A DNA stretch of 64,000 nt from Desulfatiglandales bacterium. GTDB lineage: Bacteria; Desulfobacterota; DSM-4660; Desulfatiglandales; HGW-15. Positions 9,477-19,688 of this stretch are shown here, one piece after another (position 1 is the stretch's first letter; each line of letters begins with the position of its first letter). The stretch spans positions 3,136,001 through 3,200,000 of the forward strand of contig CAXXJJ010000004.1 in the NCBI GenBank assembly GCA_963667015.2, written 5' to 3'. The notes under the pieces are model-generated. The model was not told where the DNA came from. It saw nothing but the letters and a program-made list of their open reading frames with translations, and made no database searches. The translations under genes and the position numbers were made by a program.

Positions 9477-10262
9477 TTAAAATTTATCAAAGTTTGCCCC
9501 GAGCTGCCTTGACAGATCCCTGCCGGCCTCCGCAACCAGCGGACCATATTCCAGAACATCATCAGGAGTAAAAAGCCCCAGGACCAGAAGATATCCAATA
9601 GGTTTACCGCTGATATCGATAACCGGAGCCGAAGCAACATTAAGGCCGGTTGTTACTTCACCAAAATCAGTTGCGTATCCTGTTTTCCGGCATTCCTCAA
9701 GTTCCGTCATGAGCCTGTCTCTGTCGAGTTTATCAGGCGTTCCATGGAAATATAATTTTTCCCTTTGCAGGAGGGCATCCAGATCATCCTCCGCCATAAA
9801 GGCAGCAATCGCCTTGCCATGAGCGCCATAGGACAGGTCTACTTTGCCGCCAACCCTGATAGATACACCGATATTCTTATTATATTCATAGCGTGAAACA
9901 ACTACTACATTATCTCCATCAACTATTCCCAGCGCTGCAGTCCCGTTTACCTGATCAGAGAGCTCTCTGAGTATCGGGTCTGCAAAGGCAATTACATTTA
10001 TACCATCAAGCACTTTACGTGAGAGGGCGAGGAAGCCGGTTCCAAGGGCATATCCCTTTTTGCGTCCGCGGATCTGCACCAGGTTGAACCGGTGAAGGGT
10101 ATGGAGTATCCCAAAGGCCTTGCTTTTGTGGATACCAACATCCTCACATATTTCAGTGAGGCTCATATGAGATGATTTTGAACCTGCAAGGCATAGCAGG
10201 ACCCGTATTGCCTGTTCAACTGCCGGTACAATATACTTATTTTCTGTTTCTTTTTTATCCAT
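9477..10262 (-). CDS. IclR family transcriptional regulator
   Basis: VPAVEQAIRVL, HTH SLTEICEDVGIHKSKAFGILHTL, AHGKA, GYATDFGE...SAPV. Confidence 0.93.
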   Translation of the reverse strand: MDKKETENKYIVPAVEQAIRVLLCLAGSKSSHMSLTEICEDVGIHKSKAFGILHTLHRFNLVQIRGRKKGYALGTGFLALSRKVLDGINVIAFADPILRELSDQVNGTAALGIVDGDNVVVVSRYEYNKNIGVSIRVGGKVDLSYGAHGKAIAAFMAEDDLDALLQREKLYFHGTPDKLDRDRLMTELEECRKTGYATDFGEVTTGLNVASAPVIDISGKPIGYLLVLGLFTPDDVLEYGPLVAEAGRDLSRQLGANFDKF

Positions 10263-10451
10263 ATTGTTTCACATCCAGAACTTTTGTTTTGATTGCTTCA
10301 TTTATGTTAAACCATTCATTATGTCAAGGATTAAAATCCCTGATACCTGCTAGTTATGGATAATATTTTTCCGGAACGTCATTACGAATGATTCATCAGG
10401 CAACATGCGCACTCCCGGTTATATCAGCACTGCTATAACATCTTAATAAAA

Positions 10452-10480
10452 TTGACAATTCGGCTGTGTTCATTTAGGAT
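10452..10480 (+). promoter_or_regulatory. Sigma70-type promoter of the AOR gene
   Basis: TTGACA-N17-TAGGAT. Confidence 0.65.
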
Positions 10481-10611
10481 TCCTATTATGTTATTTTTAA
10501 TAAATAGGTATAATCCTTTTCTTCAGTTTTCTAACCAAAACATAAAGGGATTTATTTTTCGTTCTAAAATAATTTAAGCTGTAACCGGATGCAGTATTAA
10601 GGAGGGTTTAA

Positions 10612-12480
10612 ATGGCGGACGTTTATACAGGCAAAATATTATTTGTAGATCTATCCTCAGGGACATACAGGGAAGAAACATTATCCGAGGATACGGTAAA
10701 AAAATATCTTGGAGGATACGGTATCGGCGCAAAAATACTCTATGACCTGATTCCTTCTGATGCTGATCCCCTTGGCCCAGACAATGCATTAGGATTCATG
10801 TCAGGTCTCCTGAACAGCACAGGTGCGTTGTTCGGCGGCCGGTATACTGTTATGTGTAAATCTCCGGTTACTCTTGGCTGGAATGATGCCAACTCGGGCG
10901 GTTTTTTTGGACCGGAACTTAAAAAAGCAGGCTTTGACGGGGTAATCGTATCAGGGGCCTCGGATAAACCGGTATATATTTATATCAATGACGGCAACGT
11001 CGAAATACGTGACGCCTCAAACCTGTGGGGGAAAGACACTGTTGAAACCCTTGAGGGCCTGGTTGAAGAAACAGGTGAAAAAAAATTAAGGGCGGCAGTC
11101 ATCGGTCCGGCCGGAGAAAAGCTTTCTCTAATGGCATGTGTAATCAATGATAAGCATCGTGCGGCAGGAAGAGGCGGCTGTGGCGCGGTAATGGGGGCAA
11201 AAAAGCTTAAAGCGGTCGCTGTGCGCGGCACAGGTAAATTTGCTGTTGCAAATCCTGATAATTTTAAAGAAATAACCAAAGAAATCCCTGGAGCTATGAA
11301 AGAAGGCCCCATGGCCGGCATGATCGAAGGTTTCAGCGCTTTTGGCACCGGTGGTGGAACAGGCGGAATGATAATGAGCGGTGACACTCCGGTTAAAAAC
11401 TGGGGAGGCGCGGGTGAAACAGATATGGGAGAGGAAGAAGCTAATAAACTCGCATCCCTTTCCTATGACGCAAAATACAACACAGGGAAATATGCATGTT
11501 CCAACTGCCCGATGGGTTGCGGAGCACATTACAGTGTGAAAGACGGAAAATGGCCGGTAGAAGACAGTGACAGACCGGAATATGAAACAATCGGGGCATT
11601 CGGAGCCATGATGCTTAACAGTGATGCTGAATCCGTAATAAAGTGCAATGATATCTGTAACAAATATGGGATAGATACTATTTCAACCGGTGCGACTATA
11701 GCCTGGGCTATGGAATGTTTTGAAAACGGCCTGATTACAAAAGAAGAGACTGGAGGTATAGAACTTACATGGGGAAATGCAGATGCCATTGTTGAAATGA
11801 CCCAGGCAATAGCCGATCAGACAGGATTCGGGAAAATCCTGGCTCTCGGGTCTGAAGCCGCTGCAAAAAAACTGGGCAGGGGAGCTGAATATCTGCAAAC
11901 GGCAAGGGGGATAGAACTTCCAATGCATGATCCGCGATTTGCACCGGGTTTTGCCAGGACATACAGATACGATCCCACTCCCGGTCGTCATGTCAAGGGA
12001 AGCACAGGCATGATGGAAATGAATGCACCGCATGAGGTTAAGTATAACAGTGAAAACAGGGGGCCAAGGGACGCCATGGCAACCTTTGAAACCGAGGTCC
12101 AGAACTGTGCCGGGTTATGTGCCTTCAGCGGTTTTGCAATGCCGCCCGGGACCATACCAAGATACATTTCTGCAGCCACGGGATGGAATTTTACTGACAA
12201 TGATGTATTTGAGACGGGAAAAAGGATCTTTAACCTGAGGCATGCCTTCAATTTAAAGGCAGGCCTGGACCCGACAGCAGATATATTGACAAAAAGGGCA
12301 ACAGGTGAGCCGCCGCTGACTGAGGGACCTCTGAAAGGCGTAACAATTGATATAAAAGATCAGATGAACCAATTCTGTGAGGCAATTGACTGGGATAAAG
12401 AGACTTTAATACCGTCCAGGGAATCCCTTGAAAAACTCGGAGGATTGGAAGAGGTTATAAAAGACCTTTACGGAGAATAA
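10612..12480 (+). CDS. aor: Aldehyde:ferredoxin oxidoreductase (tungsten AOR family)
   Basis: YLGGYG, KSPVT, ANSGGFFGPELKKAGFD, IGPAGE, AAGRGG.GAVMGAKKLKA, CSNCPMGC, PEYET, DTIS, HDPR. Confidence 0.95.
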   Translation: MADVYTGKILFVDLSSGTYREETLSEDTVKKYLGGYGIGAKILYDLIPSDADPLGPDNALGFMSGLLNSTGALFGGRYTVMCKSPVTLGWNDANSGGFFGPELKKAGFDGVIVSGASDKPVYIYINDGNVEIRDASNLWGKDTVETLEGLVEETGEKKLRAAVIGPAGEKLSLMACVINDKHRAAGRGGCGAVMGAKKLKAVAVRGTGKFAVANPDNFKEITKEIPGAMKEGPMAGMIEGFSAFGTGGGTGGMIMSGDTPVKNWGGAGETDMGEEEANKLASLSYDAKYNTGKYACSNCPMGCGAHYSVKDGKWPVEDSDRPEYETIGAFGAMMLNSDAESVIKCNDICNKYGIDTISTGATIAWAMECFENGLITKEETGGIELTWGNADAIVEMTQAIADQTGFGKILALGSEAAAKKLGRGAEYLQTARGIELPMHDPRFAPGFARTYRYDPTPGRHVKGSTGMMEMNAPHEVKYNSENRGPRDAMATFETEVQNCAGLCAFSGFAMPPGTIPRYISAATGWNFTDNDVFETGKRIFNLRHAFNLKAGLDPTADILTKRATGEPPLTEGPLKGVTIDIKDQMNQFCEAIDWDKETLIPSRESLEKLGGLEEVIKDLYGE

Positions 12481-12504
12481 GCTTAAGGCAGGGGCATAGA
12501 GAAT

Positions 12505-12546
12505 AAAATAAAAAGGCCGCAAAAAATCTGCGGCCTTTTATTTTTT
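12505..12546. terminator. Bidirectional intrinsic terminator
   Basis: AAAAGGCCGCA/TGCGGCCTTTT stem flanked by A- and T-runs, between convergent genes. Confidence 0.85.
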
Positions 12547-12596
12547 ATACTATGCTGCCGGTGTAAAAAAATACCTTAAAATCCTTTAACTCTATT

Positions 12597-13904
12597 TTAA
12601 TCCCACCGGTATGTGGCAGTAAAGGTGACCACCTCGGGATTTTCGTCCATAAATTTACGTTCCCCTTCTTTTTTGCCATAGTAAATATTTGCCTTTATCC
12701 CGTATGACCATCTCCAGTCAGGAGAATAAATCGCGTTAAGAACTGTCATACTCCCCCTGGTTTCCCGGTCATAGAGATACATGAACCTGGTATAGAGTTT
12801 CATATTAAACCAGTAGGTGTTTGCATTTATATTACCCGAATGAGAACCATCCCCCTGCCTCCAGTTATCCATTCTATCCTGGTCATCCAGAGTAACTGTA
12901 TAGTTGTATCCAACTCCCCAGTTGATTCCATATGTATTCAGCCAGTCGAGGCGATTATTTCCTTCATAGGACATCCCGACTTTCCACTGGTCATATCCTT
13001 TTACCAGGCTGCTGTTTTCATATTCATTTGCCCCAAACCTGTAGGCAGTTTCCAGCCTGATCGCTGGCGCCATCCCCTGGTGAAAATAGCTCATAAAGGG
13101 TAATTCATATGAAACCGATGCACCAACGTTGTTACGCCCCTGATAATAGTCGGAATTAAGCGCCCGCCATAAGTAATCCGAGGAGGTGCCCTGAGACTCT
13201 AAAAGCGAAGACGAACCAATATCATTTCCATACCATCCATACAGGCCGATTTTTGCATTTTTGACAAGCGCATTAATTCTGACACCGTATCCCATGTTTT
13301 CAGAACCGAGACCCAATGTTTTGTTAATATATTCATGGCCCGGCCTGTTTGACTCAATGGACTGCTGTTGAGAAAAGGCCGATTCAATAAAAAGTTCGGC
13401 ATTTAACTGGGATAGAGAATCCCATGGAAGAACCGTGAGGTATTCCACCTTTGTCTGCAATAGCTGGGTAGATGAGGATTCATATGCAAAAGGGGTATAT
13501 ATTTCACCTGCCCTGGAACCAACCCTTAAATACCAGTCCTCACTACCAAAATTGTAACTGGTTTCTTCGTTATAAGTCTTCCATCCGAGAGTATTTCCGG
13601 ACTCATCACTAAAAAGAGGCATGGATGCACCGAATGCATAGAACCCAGTATCAATAGATTCTCTTTTTCTTTCAGGATAATAGGAGGCATTTTCAGATTC
13701 TTTAACCGTAATTATCTCAGAGGGTTTGGCTTTCTGTTCCTCTTCTTCATCATCGCCAAAACCCAGCTTCTGGACAATATACTTATAAAGCTCTACTGGT
13801 TTTGCAGTAATTTTAGACAGGTCAAATGCATGGCTTGTACCTGAAAACCCCAGAAGGTTTACGGCAACAAGCAGTGTCATAAAAAATATCTTAGCTTTTT
13901 TCAT
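12597..13904 (-). CDS. Putative outer-membrane beta-barrel protein (DUF1302-like)
   Basis: Signal peptide (..SHA), aromatic/Gly-rich amphipathic strands, C-terminal VTFTATYRW. Confidence 0.6.
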   Translation of the reverse strand: MKKAKIFFMTLLVAVNLLGFSGTSHAFDLSKITAKPVELYKYIVQKLGFGDDEEEEQKAKPSEIITVKESENASYYPERKRESIDTGFYAFGASMPLFSDESGNTLGWKTYNEETSYNFGSEDWYLRVGSRAGEIYTPFAYESSSTQLLQTKVEYLTVLPWDSLSQLNAELFIESAFSQQQSIESNRPGHEYINKTLGLGSENMGYGVRINALVKNAKIGLYGWYGNDIGSSSLLESQGTSSDYLWRALNSDYYQGRNNVGASVSYELPFMSYFHQGMAPAIRLETAYRFGANEYENSSLVKGYDQWKVGMSYEGNNRLDWLNTYGINWGVGYNYTVTLDDQDRMDNWRQGDGSHSGNINANTYWFNMKLYTRFMYLYDRETRGSMTVLNAIYSPDWRWSYGIKANIYYGKKEGERKFMDENPEVVTFTATYRWD

Positions 13905-14134
13905 GCCTTCCTCCCCCAGGAAATGGCACTAAAACCTTGATGTTACAGATAATAAATCGCTCCGGTCCCCTTACTGTATGAGTGATATTTCCTATTCCGC
14001 GTTCAAATGAAAAACAGACTGTAATTTTATCGACAGTAACTCAAAGAAGCGATTTCGACTAGATGTTCATGATCCCCTTTAAAGTATATAAGCATAGTCT
14101 TTTTATACTGTAAATACAAGAACTTTTGATTGTG

Positions 14135-15109
14135 TTACTCCGAAAAAATGGCCTCCACAAAATCTGAGGCATTAAAGGGTCTCAGATCATCAATCTTTTC
14201 ACCGATTCCGATATATTTTATCGGTATACCAAGCTGTCTTGATATTCCTACTACTATCCCTCCCTTGGCAGTACCATCCAGCTTTGTCAGGATAATGCCG
14301 TCAAGCCCAAGGATCTTGTGAAACATCTCTGCCTGGGAAATAGCATTCTGCCCTGTTGTAGCATCAAGAACCAGCCATACCTGATGCGGTGACCCGGGCA
14401 GCTTCTTTCCGGCTACCCTGTAGATCTTATCAAGTTCATCCATAAGATTTACCTTTGTATGGAGCCTGCCGGCAGTATCAATTAAAAGGACATCCATCTT
14501 TCTGCTGATAGCTGCACTGACAGCATCAAATACAACCGCCGAAGGATCCGCCCCCTCATTCTGCCTGATTACATCCACACCAACCCTGTCACCCCAGATG
14601 GTAAGCTGTTCTGCGGCGGCTGCCCTGAAGGTGTCCGCTGCTGCCAACATTACTTCCTTGCCCTCTTTTTTCAGGAGGCTGGCAACCTTGCCAATGGTCG
14701 TGGTCTTGCCCACACCGTTTACCCCGATCATCATTATTACCAGAGGCTCACCGGGATTGGGTGTTTTTACCTCCGGTTCCTCGATATCAAGAAACTCGAT
14801 TATTTTTTCCTGTAAAGCCGCCTTGAGCTGCTCCGCATTGCCAAGGCTCTTCCTTGCCACGCCCTCCCTTACAAGTTCTATAAGTTCCTGGGATGCGTTT
14901 ACGCCAAGATCGGACGTAAAAAGGATCTCTTCCAGCTCATCCAGCAGGTCTTCGTCTATCTCCCGCTTTCCAAGAAAAACCCTGTCAAGCCTTCCGGTCA
15001 GGCCGTTTCTTGTCTTGGACAAACCCTTTTTCAGGCGGCCAAAAAAACTGACCTTTTCTTCCCGGACCTCTTCTGTCTTCTCTTTTTTCTTTGATTTAAA
15101 TCCAAACAT
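14135..15109 (-). CDS. ftsY: Signal recognition particle receptor FtsY
   Basis: GVNGVGKTTTIGK, DTFRAAA, DTAGR, TKLDGTAKGG. Confidence 0.98.
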   Translation of the reverse strand: MFGFKSKKKEKTEEVREEKVSFFGRLKKGLSKTRNGLTGRLDRVFLGKREIDEDLLDELEEILFTSDLGVNASQELIELVREGVARKSLGNAEQLKAALQEKIIEFLDIEEPEVKTPNPGEPLVIMMIGVNGVGKTTTIGKVASLLKKEGKEVMLAAADTFRAAAAEQLTIWGDRVGVDVIRQNEGADPSAVVFDAVSAAISRKMDVLLIDTAGRLHTKVNLMDELDKIYRVAGKKLPGSPHQVWLVLDATTGQNAISQAEMFHKILGLDGIILTKLDGTAKGGIVVGISRQLGIPIKYIGIGEKIDDLRPFNASDFVEAIFSE

Positions 15110-15244
15110 TACCCATTCTCTTTCTTCATTTTATTCCGATTTTTAACTCGGTGTTAAACGTTACTGGATAACATATTTTCTGGCTGGATGTATAGGCAAA
15201 TCCCCCTGGAGAGAATTATTGACCCATAAACTGCCAGGCATGTT

Positions 15245-15275
15245 TGTAGATACAGGTTTTAAACCTGTCTCTGCA
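15245..15275. repeat. REP-like palindrome starting with GTAG
   Basis: TGTAGATACAGGTTT-T-AAACCTGTCTCTGCA imperfect hairpin. Confidence 0.5.
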
Positions 15276-15418
15276 GCTGATATTCAATGGTATAATCCCA
15301 ATTTGATTTACAGACCCGCCCTGCAATAAAAATCATTTGAATCAGGGCTACATTCTGTTATAAGCATCAATACTATTCACATTCCTATGACGATACCTAT
15401 AAAAAGGAGGTATTCAGC

Positions 15419-17803
15419 ATGGCTGATCTAGCAGGTGTAAACGGACAAAGAAAAGAATTCAAGGTTGTAGGCAAACCAAACCTTCCCGGAAAACTATCCT
15501 ATTCGCTGGCAACGGGTATGGCAAGGTTCGGATCCGACTATGTCTTCCCCGAGATGCTTCATGCCAAATTCCTGAGAAGCCCCTATGCGAACGCAGCAGT
15601 GACAAGCGTTGACATTGCCGCTGCAAAAAAAATCCCCGGAGTTGTCGATGTTGTCACATGGGAAGATCCCGACCTGATGAGTTTCGGAGCCCGCGGCGGA
15701 ATGCCGGGAGGTCCATCGGAACCCTATGTCGACCAGGTAGCCGATATGGAAGACGATGAAGTTGCGGTGATCGTGGTTGCCGAGACCGAAGAACTGTGCG
15801 ACGAGGCATTGAAGGCCCTCAATCCCCAATGGGAAATCCGGCCCCACATTGTAGACATACTCAAGGGACGAAACCCTGATGCCCCCCTCATCCGGCCAAA
15901 CAATGCAGCCCCGGGCAGTTCTTCCAGGAGAGGCGACAGCCAGAATCCTCCACCAAAGGGTAATGTTACCTTTTTCAATAACAACAGAGGTGATATTGAG
16001 GCCGGTTTCAAAGAGGCCGATCATATCATTGAATACGATTTCAACATGCCCACGTTTTCGGGTCACGCTCCCAACCCCTTTGCGTCTGTGTCCTACTGGT
16101 ATGACGACCCCAGGCATGATCCGGAACAGCAGAGCCTGCACATTGAGGGAGCAGTGTGGACGGCCAGGCAGGGCAAAGATGCCGTAGGCAGCATGTACGG
16201 GCTCCCATCGGAAAAGGTAAGGCAGGACGGCTATTTCCAGGGCGGCAAGTATTGCGACTGGGGATTCAGAAAGGTTCAGCAGATCACCCCGCTTCTCTCA
16301 AAAAGGGTAGGAAGACCGGTCCGTATGACAACTGACAGGAAAGAGATGTATGACTTCAATATGAACCAGCGTTTTTCCCGCCTGAAGGTAGGATTTAAAA
16401 AGAACGGACTGATCACGGCCATTGATGATTTTTCCATTGCCGATGCAGGTGTTCCCCCTGTTTCAAACCTGGGTACCAGCGGTGATCAGGGGTACGGCCC
16501 CTATTTCACTACAAAATGCCTGAATATCAAGCAGTCCATGGAAGTGGTGAACAGCAACAGGGGCAAGATGTATACCAGCGGACAGCACTGTCCCTTTAAT
16601 TGGGACTCACTGACCATGGCAGTACACCTGATTGCAGAAAAACTCGGAAAAGACCCGATAGACATTGCTACTCTTAATCTTCATGGGCCTACTGACTATA
16701 CTGACACAGATCCGGTCCCCAGTTATGATGCCTGCGTAAAAGAGGGTAAAAAACTTATGAACTGGAAATGGCATTCGACCGGGGGAAAAAAACTTGCGGA
16801 CGGTAGAATGCACGGAGCCAGCTTCCGCTACCAGATGTGTCCCAGGCACTCCTTCACCAGCTACCACTCCAAACTTGAGTTAAGAGACGGAAAGGTTCGC
16901 ATGGGAACCCAGGGCTGCTGTACTGGTATCTATGCTGTTGAAGGAAACGCAATGGTCGTAGCAGAGGAGCTCGGTCTCAGGTATGAAGATGTCCATATTG
17001 ATTTTAATTACAATGAGCCCTTTGCCCCGGTGGGCGGAGGCAGTGACGGTACCACGGCCTCTGCATGGGTGACAAAAGAATGTGCCAACATTCTGAAAAA
17101 AAGGATACTGGAAGCAGCAATTGAGAATGCGAACAATCCTCCTGCACCTGGCGGATTCGGTTTCGGACCGCCCCAGAAACCGGCACCAAGCCCCTTTAAA
17201 GGCTATACCCCGGATGACCTGGATATGGCTGACGGAAATGTATACGTAAAATCGGAACCCCAAAAAGCATTACCGCTGGCCCGGGCGGTAGGGCAGGCAC
17301 ACCTGTTTGCAACATACCAGGGCAAGCCTCCAACAGCCCTCTGGGCCACGGGCATGGGGAGATACCTTGACACAATGAACATCGCCATGTGCGAGGTGGC
17401 AGTGGATACGGAAACAGGTGAGGTGGAGATACTCCGTTTTGGAGTGGTTGCAGACCCAGGCAAGGTAATCAGGATGACATCTCTTGAAAGCCAGATAGAA
17501 CAGGTGATGGATTTCAGCGCCGGTTGTCAACTCCTGGAAGATTTTTTCTATGATGAAAAGACCGGGGTAAAGCTGAATGCAAACATGTTTGACTATAAAA
17601 AGGTTGCCATGCTTGACATGCCTCCTGTAGATAAGAAGATCCTTGAAACACAGGCTGGCAATGCAGCCTACGGATCCAACGGCATAAGCCATTCACTGGC
17701 CAACACACATCTCGTTATATGTGCCATACACAATGCAATAGGCAAATGGGTTGATCCCCCGGCAACGCCGGACAAGGTGCTGCAGGCGATGGGGAAGGCT
17801 TAG
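15419..17803 (+). CDS. Xanthine dehydrogenase family molybdopterin-binding subunit (divergent)
   Basis: MLHAKFLRSPYANA, GDIEAGFKEAD, GRPVR, EVAVDTETGEVEI, DPGKVI, PATPDKVL; AGGAGG RBS. Confidence 0.9.
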   Translation: MADLAGVNGQRKEFKVVGKPNLPGKLSYSLATGMARFGSDYVFPEMLHAKFLRSPYANAAVTSVDIAAAKKIPGVVDVVTWEDPDLMSFGARGGMPGGPSEPYVDQVADMEDDEVAVIVVAETEELCDEALKALNPQWEIRPHIVDILKGRNPDAPLIRPNNAAPGSSSRRGDSQNPPPKGNVTFFNNNRGDIEAGFKEADHIIEYDFNMPTFSGHAPNPFASVSYWYDDPRHDPEQQSLHIEGAVWTARQGKDAVGSMYGLPSEKVRQDGYFQGGKYCDWGFRKVQQITPLLSKRVGRPVRMTTDRKEMYDFNMNQRFSRLKVGFKKNGLITAIDDFSIADAGVPPVSNLGTSGDQGYGPYFTTKCLNIKQSMEVVNSNRGKMYTSGQHCPFNWDSLTMAVHLIAEKLGKDPIDIATLNLHGPTDYTDTDPVPSYDACVKEGKKLMNWKWHSTGGKKLADGRMHGASFRYQMCPRHSFTSYHSKLELRDGKVRMGTQGCCTGIYAVEGNAMVVAEELGLRYEDVHIDFNYNEPFAPVGGGSDGTTASAWVTKECANILKKRILEAAIENANNPPAPGGFGFGPPQKPAPSPFKGYTPDDLDMADGNVYVKSEPQKALPLARAVGQAHLFATYQGKPPTALWATGMGRYLDTMNIAMCEVAVDTETGEVEILRFGVVADPGKVIRMTSLESQIEQVMDFSAGCQLLEDFFYDEKTGVKLNANMFDYKKVAMLDMPPVDKKILETQAGNAAYGSNGISHSLANTHLVICAIHNAIGKWVDPPATPDKVLQAMGKA

Positions 17804-17852
17804 TAGAAAGGTATAGGGTCTGCGGTAGGGTACAGGAGAAAAACCGCAGGCC

Positions 17853-18041
17853 TTAACCTCTGTCCTCTGAGCCCTTCCTTTTTTCTACCCATCTTTTCAG
17901 GTCTCTGCGAACCAGGCAGTATCCCGCAATAACCATTATAATTCCCGCAATAAAAACGTAATTATTTTCTGTCAGCATGCCGTATGCTACTGCTGCCGCA
18001 CCTGCAATCAACAGCAAAATGGTTATAGCCTTTTCAGACAA
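17853..18041 (-). CDS. Small two-helix membrane protein
   Basis: Two hydrophobic segments and a basic tail; GGAG RBS before TTG start. Confidence 0.6.
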   Translation of the reverse strand: MSEKAITILLLIAGAAAVAYGMLTENNYVFIAGIIMVIAGYCLVRRDLKRWVEKRKGSEDRG

Positions 18042-18130
18042 GAGGGGTACTCCATATAATTGAGAGTGTTTTCATATGTATAATGTATATCCATCGGCAA
18101 CTGCCGGCCATGCGCTTTATAGGCATCACA

Positions 18131-19492
18131 TTATCCGGCCTTTATATCAAAACACATCAAACCCTGATTGAATCTCAGGTAGAGTTTACCGTTTGCCACT
18201 ACGGGTATTGTCCAGGTTGCGCCTCTTACCCTGCCCCAAACCTTCGGCAACTCCGTAATCTTTACAAATTTCTCAGGGTCGGGCTTTATCAGAAAGAGGT
18301 TGCCTTTCACATCACAGCAGAGCAGGTAGCCGTCAACAAGAAGGCAGGTCCCCCACCCTATTTCATTGGTGCTCCATCTTTCAATACCTGTTTCCAGTTC
18401 AACGCATTTAAAGGCGCCTTTGTTCTGCATACTGTCACCGGAATAACCGTAGATATAACCGTCAATAATAAAGGGGTCCGAATGATGGGATGCAATATTC
18501 CTGTTTTTCCAGGCGACCTCTGCACGGGTTTGGGTTACCCTCAGCAGTTCACCGCCGGTATCATAGCCTGATGTTATAAAAACCAGATCATCTTTTGTAA
18601 CAGGTGTTGTTGCATTTACATCATAGGACGTCTCCCACCCGGTATCCCAGAGTTCTCTTCCATCCAGGGTTACTGCAGCCAGGCCTTTTCCATGAAAGGA
18701 AAGGATCACCGGTTCGCCCTCTATCTCCATCATTGAAACGGCCGCGTAGCCGGCAACACCCTGTCCTGCCTTCCATTTCATATCACCTGTCATTTTGTCA
18801 AATGCGATCGTGCGGGCTTCTCCGCCCCCCTTAACCACAACGAGTGAGTCGGTTACAAAGGGAGAAGATGCATGCCCCCATGTAGGCTCTTTGCCGCCTT
18901 CATCGCTGACATTTTTGTGCCAGATCTTATCACCGTCCAGCAGGTTCCAGCAGATCAAGTCGCCGGCGCGGCCAAAGGTATAGACTCGGTCATAATCAAT
19001 CCAGGGGGTCGCCCTGAAGCCGGTACCATATGATGACGAGGATGGTTTGGCCGGATATGCCTGCCGCCATATCAGGCGGCCGTCTTCAGGATCAAGGCAG
19101 AACACAATATCGTTCTCATTGTCACGGCCGCATACAACAAGCCTGTTTCCCTGGATTACCGGTGCAAACCATGTGGCACTCTCATCTCCAAGGCATAAAA
19201 AATCGATTTCCCAGATTTTTTTCAGACCGTTTGACCAGTCAATTCTTATCCCGGTTACGCCGCTCTTTCCATCGCCATTGATACCGCGCCAGCAGAGCCA
19301 GTCAGCTTCACCCTTTGTGATAGGCTCAATCTCTGCCGATTCTATGGCCTGCCCGGTTATTTCAGGTGCCTTAATGGTATTATTACCAAGCATTATGCCT
19401 ATTGTTTCACGATATATGAATGCAAACACAAGGCCTGCAACAAGAATGATACCCAAAATTACCAGGGCTGTTTTCATAATTTTTTTTAACAT
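18131..19492 (-). CDS. Membrane-anchored PQQ-binding-like beta-propeller protein
   Basis: N-terminal TM, DWLCWRG, repeated CLD..DG..IW / ATP / SSP blades. Confidence 0.88.
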   Translation of the reverse strand: MLKKIMKTALVILGIILVAGLVFAFIYRETIGIMLGNNTIKAPEITGQAIESAEIEPITKGEADWLCWRGINGDGKSGVTGIRIDWSNGLKKIWEIDFLCLGDESATWFAPVIQGNRLVVCGRDNENDIVFCLDPEDGRLIWRQAYPAKPSSSSYGTGFRATPWIDYDRVYTFGRAGDLICWNLLDGDKIWHKNVSDEGGKEPTWGHASSPFVTDSLVVVKGGGEARTIAFDKMTGDMKWKAGQGVAGYAAVSMMEIEGEPVILSFHGKGLAAVTLDGRELWDTGWETSYDVNATTPVTKDDLVFITSGYDTGGELLRVTQTRAEVAWKNRNIASHHSDPFIIDGYIYGYSGDSMQNKGAFKCVELETGIERWSTNEIGWGTCLLVDGYLLCCDVKGNLFLIKPDPEKFVKITELPKVWGRVRGATWTIPVVANGKLYLRFNQGLMCFDIKAG

Positions 19493-19688
19493 TTTATTAT
19501 CCAGTTCTTTAAAGATGATCCTTTAAGAAATTCATAGTCAATCTATTGTTAATTATACCGGCTGAAAGCAATTACTCGAATTAATACCAGCAAAGGAAAA
19601 CATTAGGATGGCTCTACTGTAAAACAACATAAATAAATTTAATTCAAGATTCAAGAATGAAAACTGTTTATTGATAATTGATCACTGA

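Noticed and set aside
10263..10611. Moco/Wco riboswitch upstream of aor
   Set aside because: No recognisable conserved riboswitch motifs
13924..13940. TGGCAC sigma54-like element
   Set aside because: No GC at -12 and wrong strand for the adjacent gene
17816..17853. Hairpin between convergent genes as a terminator
   Set aside because: Long loop and no U-tract; function uncertain
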